A stretch of 39,901 nt of DNA from a virus (lineage: Duplodnaviria; Caudoviricetes), in the IMG/VR virus record IMGVR_UViG_3300036821_000055, positions 1 to 39,901 of that record. The stretch is one strand, 5' to 3'. Position 1 is the first letter of the stretch. The number at the start of each line of letters is the position of its first letter. Below are positions 17,922 through 26,289 of the stretch, piece after piece. The notes beneath the pieces are model-generated. The model was not told the DNA's origin, searched no databases, and worked only from the letters and a program-made list of their open reading frames with translations. The position numbers and the translations under genes were made by a program.

Positions 17922-18467
17922 TTATTCCAAGGTGAATCCGGTGGGCAGTTCGGCGTCGCCGGCGTCGACCGGTTCGGCGGGTGCTTCGGCCTCGAGTTCG
18001 GCTTCCACGTCGTGTTCGACGAAGGCGTAACTGCTTTCGCCGCCGGATTTCCAGTAGTGCGAGGGCAGCGGGTCAGACCCCACCGACGACAGGGCTTTCC
18101 ACAGGGTGGTGTTCCAGTTGTTGTCGAGTTGCGCTTTTTTGTTGCCGGTTTTGACGCGGCCGCGGGCGCGGATGTTGTCGGGGTTGGTGGAGTGCACCCA
18201 CACGTATTCGGCGCCGGGGACGATCGACATCGAGTTGGCCGCGTCGGCGAGTTCCTGGCCGCGGTCTTCGACCGCCGCCTCGATTTCGGGGTTGCGCATG
18301 ATCCGGCGGAACACGTCGGGGTCGATCCACAGGTAGATGCCCAGCCCGACTTCGATTTTTTGGGGGAGCCGCTCGGAGGGGCGCTGGTCTTCCAGGTCGG
18401 CTTCCAGACCCTCCGAGGTGGGGTCGGATTCGTCGCCCCACGCGGCGACCGGCTCGAAGGAGGTCAT
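17922..18467 (-). CDS. Neck / tail-completion protein (HK97 gp10-like position)
   Basis: FRRIMRNPEIEAAV...RARGRV...TLWKAL; lies between stopper and terminator. Confidence 0.65.
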   Translation of the reverse strand: MTSFEPVAAWGDESDPTSEGLEADLEDQRPSERLPQKIEVGLGIYLWIDPDVFRRIMRNPEIEAAVEDRGQELADAANSMSIVPGAEYVWVHSTNPDNIRARGRVKTGNKKAQLDNNWNTTLWKALSSVGSDPLPSHYWKSGGESSYAFVEHDVEAELEAEAPAEPVDAGDAELPTGFTLE

Positions 18468-18889
18468 CAGGTGACTCGCTTAAGTTTGACCAGGCCGCCC
18501 GCCCAGTCCAGCAGGGACGCCCACGGTCCGACGCGTTCGTCGGAGGGGTCGCCGTCGACCCAGTAGGCGACGCCGGTGTCTTCGATCCAGTTGCCGTCAC
18601 CATCTAATTCGGGGTCGAGGATGATTTGGTCGGAGGCTTTGTAGAGAGTGGGGTTGTTGCAGGCCATGTGCAGGATCGTTTCGATGCGTTCAGCGAATTC
18701 GGGTCCCATCACTTCGCGGGAGGAGCCGCGCCGCCCGAACTGGGTGATCGAGTAGACGTGACGCACCACCGGGGGGTCTTCGACGAGGGGGTAGTTGCCG
18801 TGTTCGTCCTCGTCGGCGCCGGTGTCGATCCAGCGGGCGATGTGCACGACCGGCCACGGTGACGGGATCAGCCCCGCAGCGAACGTCAT
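18467..18889 (-). CDS. Head-to-tail stopper
   Basis: DEHGN, YWVDGDP and VKLKRVT motifs plus gene order. Confidence 0.8.
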   Translation of the reverse strand: MTFAAGLIPSPWPVVHIARWIDTGADEDEHGNYPLVEDPPVVRHVYSITQFGRRGSSREVMGPEFAERIETILHMACNNPTLYKASDQIILDPELDGDGNWIEDTGVAYWVDGDPSDERVGPWASLLDWAGGLVKLKRVT

Positions 18890-18890
18890 G

Positions 18891-18977
18891 TCACGGCCTG
18901 AACCGCCACACCGCCAGGAACAGCAGTTGCACGATCTGCAGCACCAGCACGATGATCAGGATGGTGTGGTCGTCCAT
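18891..18977 (-). CDS. 28-aa single-pass membrane microprotein
   Basis: MDDHTILIIVLVLQIVQLLFLAVWRFRP; fills the gap between adaptor and stopper almost exactly; GGAGG upstream. Confidence 0.6.
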   Translation of the reverse strand: MDDHTILIIVLVLQIVQLLFLAVWRFRP

Positions 18978-19601
18978 TCAGATCACCCCTCCTATCCGGT
19001 AGTTGGCCAGCCGGTTTTTCTGGTTGACGCTCAGGTTGGCGCCGAAGTCGGCGCCGGGTGACAGCCGGAATCCGGGGGTGGCGATTTCTCTGATGACGCC
19101 GGGGCTGGTGGGGAACATCAGCGTCGAGGTGGCGAGTTCATAGGCGACTTCTTTGATGACGTTGGGCACCTCGTCGTAGCCGTGGTTGAACGTCACCGAG
19201 GCGATGCCGGCCTGCCACACCGGCAGGAAGTAGGGGTCGTTGCCGTAGTAGTAGCCGGAATACACGTCGCCCCACAGCGGGAAACCGGACCGCTGTATCC
19301 AGCCCTCCTGATCCCAGATGTAGTCGGTGGCCGGGTCCAGCACGCACGGATCGTCGCTTTTCGGGAACACGGTCACATTGGCTACGTCGGTGACGTATTT
19401 GCTGGGCAGCATGATGATGCCTTTGGCGCCGATCTCCAGTTGCGGCTCGGTCACCGTCAGGTTCGGGTACAGGTGCCAGCCGCAGTAGACGCGGATCGCG
19501 TCCCCCGCGACCTTCAAAAACCAGTCGGGGTCTTTGCTCTGAAAGGACTGCCAGTCGGGATCATTCGGGTCCAGCAGATCCGGTGGCTGCGGAGCCGACA
19601 C
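18978..19601 (-). CDS. Head-to-tail adaptor
   Basis: AIRVYCGWHLYP, LPSKYVTDV and VTFNHGYDEVP motifs typical of actinophage adaptors. Confidence 0.88.
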   Translation of the reverse strand: MSAPQPPDLLDPNDPDWQSFQSKDPDWFLKVAGDAIRVYCGWHLYPNLTVTEPQLEIGAKGIIMLPSKYVTDVANVTVFPKSDDPCVLDPATDYIWDQEGWIQRSGFPLWGDVYSGYYYGNDPYFLPVWQAGIASVTFNHGYDEVPNVIKEVAYELATSTLMFPTSPGVIREIATPGFRLSPGADFGANLSVNQKNRLANYRIGGVI

Positions 19602-19606
19602 CAGGT

Positions 19607-20131
19607 TTATCCCTCCGCTTGTTGGACCAGGGCGATCAGTTCGGCTTTACGCGCGCTGGACGGATATTCGACGCCGAGCGCGTCGAGCTGGTCTTTCAGT
19701 TCGGCGACGGTGAACTCCCCCAGCTCCTCGGACTCCTCCTCAGCCTCCGGCTCCGGCTCGGGCTCGGCAGGTTCGGGCTCCGGTTCGGGTTCGGGCAGCG
19801 CCTCCTCGGGTTCAACAACCTCCGGCTCGGGGGCGCCCTCCAGCTCGGTGTAGCGGCCCGGTTCCACCGGAAAATCCGACTCCACCTCGATGATCACGTC
19901 GTCGACGTCGCCGCCCAGCGCGGCGGCGAGCTCGGCCAGATGCTCGGGCACCTCGGTGCCGGTGGCCTCGAACAGCGCCACCGCGTCCTTGATGGCTTTC
20001 GCTGACGCCGCCGCCGGATCACGCACATAGATCATGCCTTCCGGCGCCGGCGGCACCCGGCCCGCCGTGCCCAATTCCGGCCCGTAGGGGTCACCTACGG
20101 GCGCGGTCTTGGACTGTCGCCCTACGGCCAT
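19607..20131 (-). CDS. Acidic head-associated protein with a C-terminal HeH/LEM-like motif
   Basis: Follows the capsid gene; PE repeats; FTVAELKDQLDALGVEYPSSARKAELIALV. Confidence 0.75.
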   Translation of the reverse strand: MAVGRQSKTAPVGDPYGPELGTAGRVPPAPEGMIYVRDPAAASAKAIKDAVALFEATGTEVPEHLAELAAALGGDVDDVIIEVESDFPVEPGRYTELEGAPEPEVVEPEEALPEPEPEPEPAEPEPEPEAEEESEELGEFTVAELKDQLDALGVEYPSSARKAELIALVQQAEG

Positions 20132-20136
20132 CAGAT

Positions 20137-21588
20137 TCAGAAGGTCGGGGCGGTCAGGCCGGTGATCTCAACCACCGACTGCGGGTAACGACCTGCACTA
20201 AACGCCAGGTAGTTGTAGATCTGCAGCAGCACGGTCAGGTTGTTGGCCCTGGTTTCCGGCAGCACCCGGGCGCGGATCCCGGACTCCCACAACACCAGAT
20301 CGGACGCGCGGAGCACGTAGACGATGTCGTTGGTGCCCGCCGCCGTCCCGGCTCCCGACGTGGTGGAGATGTTCGGGTCGGTCACCACCGGCAAACCGTG
20401 CATCTGACCGACCACCTGCTGAGACGCGACGTCGGACAGGATGCCCGCCGCGTTGAACGGGTTATTCGCAGACGGCAGGAACAGCGGCCGCTGCTGACCA
20501 TCCAACAGGGACAGGAACCAGCCCCACCGGCGAGGATGCATCACGATCACCTCGGGCGGCAGGAAGCGGGTCGTGTGCACCGTTTGGATCGCGTTGGCGA
20601 TCGCCGAATACACACCCTGAATGGTGACCGCCGACGCCGGGACGGTGCCGATACCCGGGGTCAAGTTCACGCCCAGTACCTGCCCGGCGGTGCCGGAACC
20701 CTGAATGACCTGCTGGTCGGTGGTGGCGGCGTGCGCGGCGACCAGGTCGCGGAACACCACGTCGTCGAACGCGATCGGGGACTGGTCGATCAACTGGATC
20801 GAAACCCCCTGCGCGCCAGCGATTGTCCGCACCGGAGCGTTGATGAAGGTGTCGGTCAAGTCGATCTCGGCGACCGGGGTGTTGTCGGCGGTCTGCACAC
20901 CCACCGACGTCCCAGTTAACAACTTAGGTATGTTAATTGAATCTGTCCCCCCGGGCAATGGTTGCCGTTGCACCAGGTTGGCGAACGCGCGGCCGGGGCG
21001 GGCCAGCTCTACATATTGGTCCATGAGCCATGCCGGTGGCACTGCGTAGCCGCCGGCGCCGTCGATGCGGGAGATGTCGCGGTATTCCTTGTAGTCGTCG
21101 AGGGTGGCGACGTCTTGGGCGTGGCGGTACAGCCGGTCGCGGCACTCGCCGGTGGCGTCCATGTTCAGCGAGTACTTGATCAGGTCGTGAATGTAGGACC
21201 GCTGCCGGTTGCCCTGCTGGTAGATGGCCTGCTCTTTGACGGAGACGAGGCTGTTGGTGGCTTTGCGGATACCGGCCAGGTTTTTGGCGATCTGCCCGGA
21301 TCGTTCCACCTCGGAGCGGATCTCGTCGATGCGCTCGTCCAGGCCGACTACTTCGGCGCCTTGGCGCTTCATGTCGCCCATGTATTTGCGGTATTCGGAG
21401 AGTTCCTCGGGTTCGAGGTCTTCGCGGGCCTGCTCTTTGGCGAGCAGCAGCACCGCTTCGGCTTTCTGCTGGGAGCGGGCGCGTGTCTCGGCGGTGGCTT
21501 CGCGGCGCTTGATGAGTTGCTGGAGGAATTCCTCCAGTTGGCCGCTGGCTACCGAGGTGTCGGCGCGGCTTTCAATCATGTCGGTCAT
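20137..21588 (-). CDS. Major capsid protein (HK97 fold) with an N-terminal delta domain
   Basis: AAGGA before ATG 21588; coiled-coil N-terminus; GGYAVPP, IQGSGTAGQVLG, VMHPRRW and GLPVVTDPN motifs. Confidence 0.95.
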   Translation of the reverse strand: MTDMIESRADTSVASGQLEEFLQQLIKRREATAETRARSQQKAEAVLLLAKEQAREDLEPEELSEYRKYMGDMKRQGAEVVGLDERIDEIRSEVERSGQIAKNLAGIRKATNSLVSVKEQAIYQQGNRQRSYIHDLIKYSLNMDATGECRDRLYRHAQDVATLDDYKEYRDISRIDGAGGYAVPPAWLMDQYVELARPGRAFANLVQRQPLPGGTDSINIPKLLTGTSVGVQTADNTPVAEIDLTDTFINAPVRTIAGAQGVSIQLIDQSPIAFDDVVFRDLVAAHAATTDQQVIQGSGTAGQVLGVNLTPGIGTVPASAVTIQGVYSAIANAIQTVHTTRFLPPEVIVMHPRRWGWFLSLLDGQQRPLFLPSANNPFNAAGILSDVASQQVVGQMHGLPVVTDPNISTTSGAGTAAGTNDIVYVLRASDLVLWESGIRARVLPETRANNLTVLLQIYNYLAFSAGRYPQSVVEITGLTAPTF

Positions 21589-21795
21589 GACGAAAATCCT
21601 TGAGAGAGGCCCCATTTCAGGGCGTTGAGAACATGGGAAAATCGCGAGGCGTCTAATGGGGCGCGTTGCAATCGCGCCGCTGCGGCTCGCAAACGGTTCG
21701 GGTCGCGCTAGCCGCCGCCGTTGCCTCGGATCGCGATGTCGTCGGCCCGGTATCGGTGTCGGTCGCTAGACGCGGCGCGCCGTTACTGCAGCCAG

Positions 21796-21835
21796 AGGAT
21801 AAACCGATATTTTCCATGGCCGAGACGCGACACGC
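21796..21835 (-). promoter_or_regulatory. Putative late promoter for the capsid operon: GCGTGTC-N27-TATCCT
   Basis: Motif and spacing shared with three other late-gene starts. Confidence 0.6.
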
Positions 21836-21839
21836 GGAG

Positions 21840-21862
21840 TTGTCGGTGCTGAGTTCTACACT
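21840..21862 (+). promoter_or_regulatory. PafBC / RecA-NDp-type DNA-damage promoter
   Basis: TTGTCGGTG-CTGAGTTC-TACACT matches tTGTCRgtg-N8-TANNNT exactly and ends 8 nt before ATG 21871. Confidence 0.75.
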
Positions 21863-21870
21863 CCGAGGCA

Positions 21871-22359
21871 ATGGGTGGTCGCCGGGGTTCCCCTCAGGAA
21901 CGGTTCTGGACGAAGGTGGACCGGAACGGTCCGGTCCATCCGGTGCTCGGGACGGCGTGCTGGATGTGGACCGCCGCGTGCAATCAGTACGGCTACGGGG
22001 TTTTCCTTGAACGCAAGGGTAAGAACTGGCTCGCTCACCGCTTTGCGTATGAGTCGATGACCGGGAAGATTCCCGACGCGCTGCAGCTTGATCACCGCTG
22101 CCACAATCATGCCTGCGTGAATCCGGCGCACCTACGAATTGCGACCAACAAACAAAACAACGAGCATCGCCGCGGTGCCAACTCAAATAATCACAGCAGC
22201 GGTGCCCGCGGTGTCACCTGGGACGCTCGCCGCCGGAAATGGATGGCAAAAGTAGAACACGACGGCCGACATTACTATGCGGGCCGATTCGGCACCGTGG
22301 CTGAAGCGGAACGGGCCGCTGCGGCACTGCGTGCCGGCCTGTTCACGCACGCCGATTAG
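21871..22359 (+). CDS. HNH homing endonuclease with an AP2-like C-terminal domain
   Basis: RFWTKV...CWMW...GYG...AHRFAY...LDHRCHNHACVNPAHL...N; SGARGVTW...W.A.V...GRF.T..EA. Confidence 0.93.
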   Translation: MGGRRGSPQERFWTKVDRNGPVHPVLGTACWMWTAACNQYGYGVFLERKGKNWLAHRFAYESMTGKIPDALQLDHRCHNHACVNPAHLRIATNKQNNEHRRGANSNNHSSGARGVTWDARRRKWMAKVEHDGRHYYAGRFGTVAEAERAAAALRAGLFTHAD

Positions 22360-22532
22360 TCGGTTTCGGCTTGTTCGTCGGCCTCGTCGGCGGCTTCTTC
22401 GGCGGCGGCCTCGTCGCGTTCGCGGGCCAGTTCGGGTTCCAGCGCCGGGTCGGCTTCGAGGCGCTCCTCCGGGGTGGGGACCTGCGCCTCGACTTGGGCG
22501 TCGAGTCCGCCTTCGCCGGTGTTCTCGGTCAT
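22356..22532 (-). CDS. 58-aa highly acidic protein
   Basis: Below the ORF-track cutoff; AAGGAC RBS; MTENTGEGGLDAQVEAQVPTPEERLEADPALEPELARERDEAAAEEAADEADEQAETD. Confidence 0.65.
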   Translation of the reverse strand: MTENTGEGGLDAQVEAQVPTPEERLEADPALEPELARERDEAAAEEAADEADEQAETD

Positions 22533-22546
22533 GTCCTTTGTCCCTT

Positions 22547-24226
22547 CTAGCTGGCTTTGGGTTGCATGGTGTCGGCGAATCCGGCTTCACGCAGGGCGCG
22601 CAGCCCGTCGGTGACGGTGAATTTCTCGCCGGGTTCCCCGGTCATGGCGCGCAGCTCGGCCAGTTTGGCTGATACGTCACCGGCCGGTGGGACGTCGCCT
22701 TGCAGTTCGCCGATTTGGCGGCGCGCCCTGGACAGCAGTTTGCGTAGCTCGTCGTTGCCTTCGGCGAGTTTGTAGCAGGCCGCGATGGTCGATTCCAGCG
22801 CCGCCGCGAGCCCCAGGTCGAAGCTCAGCTCGGACTCGTGTTCGCCCTCGTCCTCGTCGTAGCCGCCGATGGCGCCTTGCGCGTCGGTGCCTTCGTAATC
22901 GCCCATCTCGTCGCCGGCGTCGGGGAAATCGGCGCGGCCCTCATCGTCATCGTCGTCGTCGTCGCCGCCGAAGGGTTTGGCTTTCTTGCCGCCGAAGTTC
23001 CCTGCCCGCGACATCGTCGATTCGTCGTCGTCCCGGTTGTCGTCGTGGTCGTGGTCGGGATTGTCGCAGTTGGGATCGTTGCACTCGGCCATGGCGTGGG
23101 TCTCCTTGTCGTAGTCCTCTTCATGCGGGTCGATGGGGTATTGGTTGGGGTTCCACACATACGGGGCGCCCTTGAACGCGCTGCCGCGGCTGGTGGAGGG
23201 CAGCGGCACCCGCGACCCGTCCTCGAGGACGGCGACCAGGGTGGTGCCGCCGGCCGCGTTGGGTTGCAGGTCGATGTGGTCGACGTTGGACAGCGTCGCC
23301 GCCGCTTTGGATTCGTCGCCGACCTTGATGCCGAACTTCTTGGCGGCCGAACGGATCTTGCCCAGGATCGCGCTCTGCTGCTCGCTGGAGTAGCGGCCCT
23401 TGTTCTGCGCGAAGCGGGCCAGCGCGTTACGCACCCGGGCGGCGCTGTTGAGCGGGTAGCGTTTCACCCCGTTGCCGCCCTTGGCGGGTTTACCCGCGTT
23501 GTCCAGGTAGCCGGGGTCGGCGAAGTTGGACACGTCGGCGTACTTCTTGGGTTTACTCCCGCCGTCGGCGGCCCGCAGCACCGCCATCGCGCGGCGCACC
23601 TGCTCGCGGTCCATCTTGCGCAGCTCCATCAGGTCGTCGTTGGACAGCTGCGCCAGCGCCGACACCGCCTCGCTCGACAGCATCGCCGCCGTGTTGGGGT
23701 TCATCCCGTAATTGACCACGGACACGTCCCCTTTCTGCAGGTTGACCTCGGTGATGGTGCGGTTGGTGTAGGACGAATCCCACTCCTGGTCACGCACCCG
23801 GAACGCGAACGACATTTCGTCCATGTCGCCGCGGCGCATTTTGGGCATCAGCCGCTGCACATCCGGGTCCGAAGGGTCCAGGCTGGCGCGCACCAGCAAT
23901 CCATGCGAATCCACCTGCAAATGCAGGGTGCCCGATTTGGTGCGCGCCAGCGGCAGACCCTCATGGTTGAGCAGCAGCTGCACATCCGGTGTGGCGCCCA
24001 GCGTCCTGTCGAACGCCCGGGAGTGGATGGTCTCCACCCAGCCGCCGGCCGCCGGCCCGCCGTACACGTCGTACGGACTGAACGTGGCGGCATACCCCTC
24101 CAGCACGACCTGCGGGGCGGCGCCGTCGGTGCGGTACTCGAAGCGCAGCGGGGTGGCCAGGCGCCGCTGCTCGCGCACGTCGATGATCTTGGCGCGGGAA
24201 CTCAAATCAATGACACTGGCGGTCAT
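22547..24226 (-). CDS. HK97-family prohead protease fused to a DUF6582-like domain and an acidic scaffold-like tail
   Basis: LEGYAATF, LLLNH, MSFAFRV and DVSVV protease motifs; FADPGY...KRYPL...VRNALARF; AGGAGGAG RBS. Confidence 0.9.
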   Translation of the reverse strand: MTASVIDLSSRAKIIDVREQRRLATPLRFEYRTDGAAPQVVLEGYAATFSPYDVYGGPAAGGWVETIHSRAFDRTLGATPDVQLLLNHEGLPLARTKSGTLHLQVDSHGLLVRASLDPSDPDVQRLMPKMRRGDMDEMSFAFRVRDQEWDSSYTNRTITEVNLQKGDVSVVNYGMNPNTAAMLSSEAVSALAQLSNDDLMELRKMDREQVRRAMAVLRAADGGSKPKKYADVSNFADPGYLDNAGKPAKGGNGVKRYPLNSAARVRNALARFAQNKGRYSSEQQSAILGKIRSAAKKFGIKVGDESKAAATLSNVDHIDLQPNAAGGTTLVAVLEDGSRVPLPSTSRGSAFKGAPYVWNPNQYPIDPHEEDYDKETHAMAECNDPNCDNPDHDHDDNRDDDESTMSRAGNFGGKKAKPFGGDDDDDDDEGRADFPDAGDEMGDYEGTDAQGAIGGYDEDEGEHESELSFDLGLAAALESTIAACYKLAEGNDELRKLLSRARRQIGELQGDVPPAGDVSAKLAELRAMTGEPGEKFTVTDGLRALREAGFADTMQPKAS

Positions 24227-24243
24227 TTCTCCTCCTGTGCTGG

Positions 24244-25587
24244 TCAGCTTCTCACCCGTACGCGTTGCCCGTTGCGCGGCGCGCCGCGCGGCCGGCCCGC
24301 GGGTTGCTCCTCACCGTCGCCGTTTTCGCCGCCGCCGATCGGCGGCATCGGGAACGTGCCCGGCTTGTCCAGCGGCGGCGGCGGGTTCATCACACCCGGC
24401 GGGGTGCCCAACGGCACCATCGTCCCGGGATGCAGGATCACGTCGCCGCCGTCGACCGGGTCCATCTCCTCCTTCGCGCGGACCTCGTTCGTGGAGATCC
24501 AGCCCGCCCCGGTGGACCCGCCCACCGCGTCCTTGTACGCCTTGAAGCGGGCCTCGATGTCGCCGCGCAGCAGCGCGTCGAAGTCGAACCGCACGTACTG
24601 CCCGCCGGGCAGGCAATTGCTGATGACCGATTCGATGCAACCCGTCCACGACCGGAACGTGTACGTGATGGCGCCCAACGTGATCTGCTCTACTCCAGTT
24701 CCCCATGCCGTCGTTTCTTTCGTGTCTCCGATCAGGATCGGCGGCACACCGAACATGATGCAAATCTCGGAACGCTGAAACTGCCTGGTAGCCAAGAACT
24801 GTGACTCGTCGGGGCTGATCGACAGGTTCTTCCAGGAAAACCCGTTGGTCAGCACCGCCGGCAGCCGCCGCCCACCGTGGCTGGAGATCCAATTCTTTTG
24901 CTGGCGCTCAACCGTTTTCTCGTCGAGGTCCTGCTCGGTCATCAGCAGCCCGGTCGGGTTGGCCGACTCCTTGAAGTAGCGGTAGCCGTATTCCTCGGAC
25001 GCCAGGCTCATGCCGATCGCGACCGCGGCCTGCTTCACCGGGGACAGACCCCACGGTTCGCCGGGCATGGTGAACCGGCGGATGTGCAGCATGTCGGCGG
25101 GGTTGACCTGTTCACCCATGATCCGGTAGATCGGGTCGAACCACATGAGGATGTCCGGGCGGCGCTCCAGGAACACGACGTCGGGATGCAACGGGAGCAG
25201 GCTGGTGGGGTAGTTCATCCGGTCCCGGCTGGTGATCAGGTGATAGGAGTTGCCGCGCAACGCCATCGACGCGACGACCATCCACTTCCACTGGAACAGA
25301 TCGAAACCCGGGAACGGTTCACGCAGAAGCACCGGCTGCGGTTTGACCTCCTTGGGGATGCCTTTCGCGTCCCGCTTGTACGCCTTCCAGGGTAGACTTG
25401 CTATTGTGTCGGCCAGCAGCCGCACGCAGGCGTACACCGTCATGTTCGCCATCGCGCGGTGCACCCCGACGAAGTCGTCGATCACCCCGACCGCGGGGGG
25501 CGGCACAAACGAGGAGGTCTGCAGGGTGCGCTGCTCACCGTTGGCGCCGAGGCGGCCGCCGCGGTAAAGACTGGCCAGGATACTCAT
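24244..25587 (-). CDS. Portal protein (HK97 family)
   Basis: VYACVRLLADTIASLP, LRGNSY, GLSPV, SQFLATR, FGVPP and STNEVR motifs. Confidence 0.95.
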   Translation of the reverse strand: MSILASLYRGGRLGANGEQRTLQTSSFVPPPAVGVIDDFVGVHRAMANMTVYACVRLLADTIASLPWKAYKRDAKGIPKEVKPQPVLLREPFPGFDLFQWKWMVVASMALRGNSYHLITSRDRMNYPTSLLPLHPDVVFLERRPDILMWFDPIYRIMGEQVNPADMLHIRRFTMPGEPWGLSPVKQAAVAIGMSLASEEYGYRYFKESANPTGLLMTEQDLDEKTVERQQKNWISSHGGRRLPAVLTNGFSWKNLSISPDESQFLATRQFQRSEICIMFGVPPILIGDTKETTAWGTGVEQITLGAITYTFRSWTGCIESVISNCLPGGQYVRFDFDALLRGDIEARFKAYKDAVGGSTGAGWISTNEVRAKEEMDPVDGGDVILHPGTMVPLGTPPGVMNPPPPLDKPGTFPMPPIGGGENGDGEEQPAGRPRGAPRNGQRVRVRS

Positions 25588-25703
25588 TCCTTTTCCGCCA
25601 CGCTCTCGTCGATGATCTCGCTTACATTTCGCTGAGGAAACATACGGGCCAGAACCATCAGCTGCTCCACCTCTTCACGACTGAAGCTCATACCGCTCGT
25701 CAT
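25584..25703 (-). CDS. 39-aa hypothetical protein
   Basis: ATGA overlaps at both ends; MTSGMSFSREEVEQLMVLARMFPQRNVSEIIDESVAEKE. Confidence 0.5.
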   Translation of the reverse strand: MTSGMSFSREEVEQLMVLARMFPQRNVSEIIDESVAEKE

Positions 25704-25915
25704 TTCCGCAGCCGCTTTTCAACCTTCTTCATCTCGGCCTCCTTCAGGCGTTCGATCAGCATGTCGTTGAACCGGGCCACCCTGGCCCCTGCCACCTCGG
25801 GCGGGACGCCATTGGCAACGACCGCCTCTACCGACTGCAGGCCCGTCTCATCAAAAAGGGCGCGCAACGCATCCCAGTCGGTCACAGCGCCTCCAACCAA
25901 TCCTTCATGTGCCAC
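25700..25915 (-). CDS. Hypothetical protein
   Basis: 71 aa, packed between neighbours on the operon strand. Confidence 0.55.
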   Translation of the reverse strand: MAHEGLVGGAVTDWDALRALFDETGLQSVEAVVANGVPPEVAGARVARFNDMLIERLKEAEMKKVEKRLRK

Positions 25916-25917
25916 AG

Positions 25918-26289
25918 CTAGCCCCGCATCGTTTTGGAGGTGGCCGCGCCGAGCAGTATCAGCGCGACACCCAGGATGATCAGCCCGACGTAGGGGGCGA
26001 TCAGCCAGCCCCCGACGCTGATCGCGGTGATCCCGGTCAGCTCGAGCACGGTGGAAAACATTTCGGTCCAGTCCCGGCCCGGCTCCGGGGGCAGGTTCTT
26101 TTGGGTGACGACCGGCGCTGCCGGAGCCGGGGCGGGAGACTGGGGTTCGTCGGGTTTACCGGGTTTGTTCATCTGGTCGAGCAGATCCTGCTCGGTGACG
26201 GTGTCGTCGCGGGCGTCGGCGTAAAGTTTGCCGCCGCCGCCGAACCGGAACACGTTCGTCGGGAACGGGCGATTAGGGGAATCGTTCAT
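25918..26289 (-). CDS. Two-TM membrane protein between terminase and portal
   Basis: C-terminal hydrophobic hairpin VLELTGITAISVGGWLIAPYVGLIILGVALILLG; GGAAGGA RBS. Confidence 0.8.
   Translation of the reverse strand: MNDSPNRPFPTNVFRFGGGGKLYADARDDTVTEQDLLDQMNKPGKPDEPQSPAPAPAAPVVTQKNLPPEPGRDWTEMFSTVLELTGITAISVGGWLIAPYVGLIILGVALILLGAATSKTMRG

Noticed and set aside
19740-19835. Short tandem repeats resembling an array
   Set aside because: They encode Pro-Glu repeats of the head-associated protein; not CRISPR or a non-coding repeat
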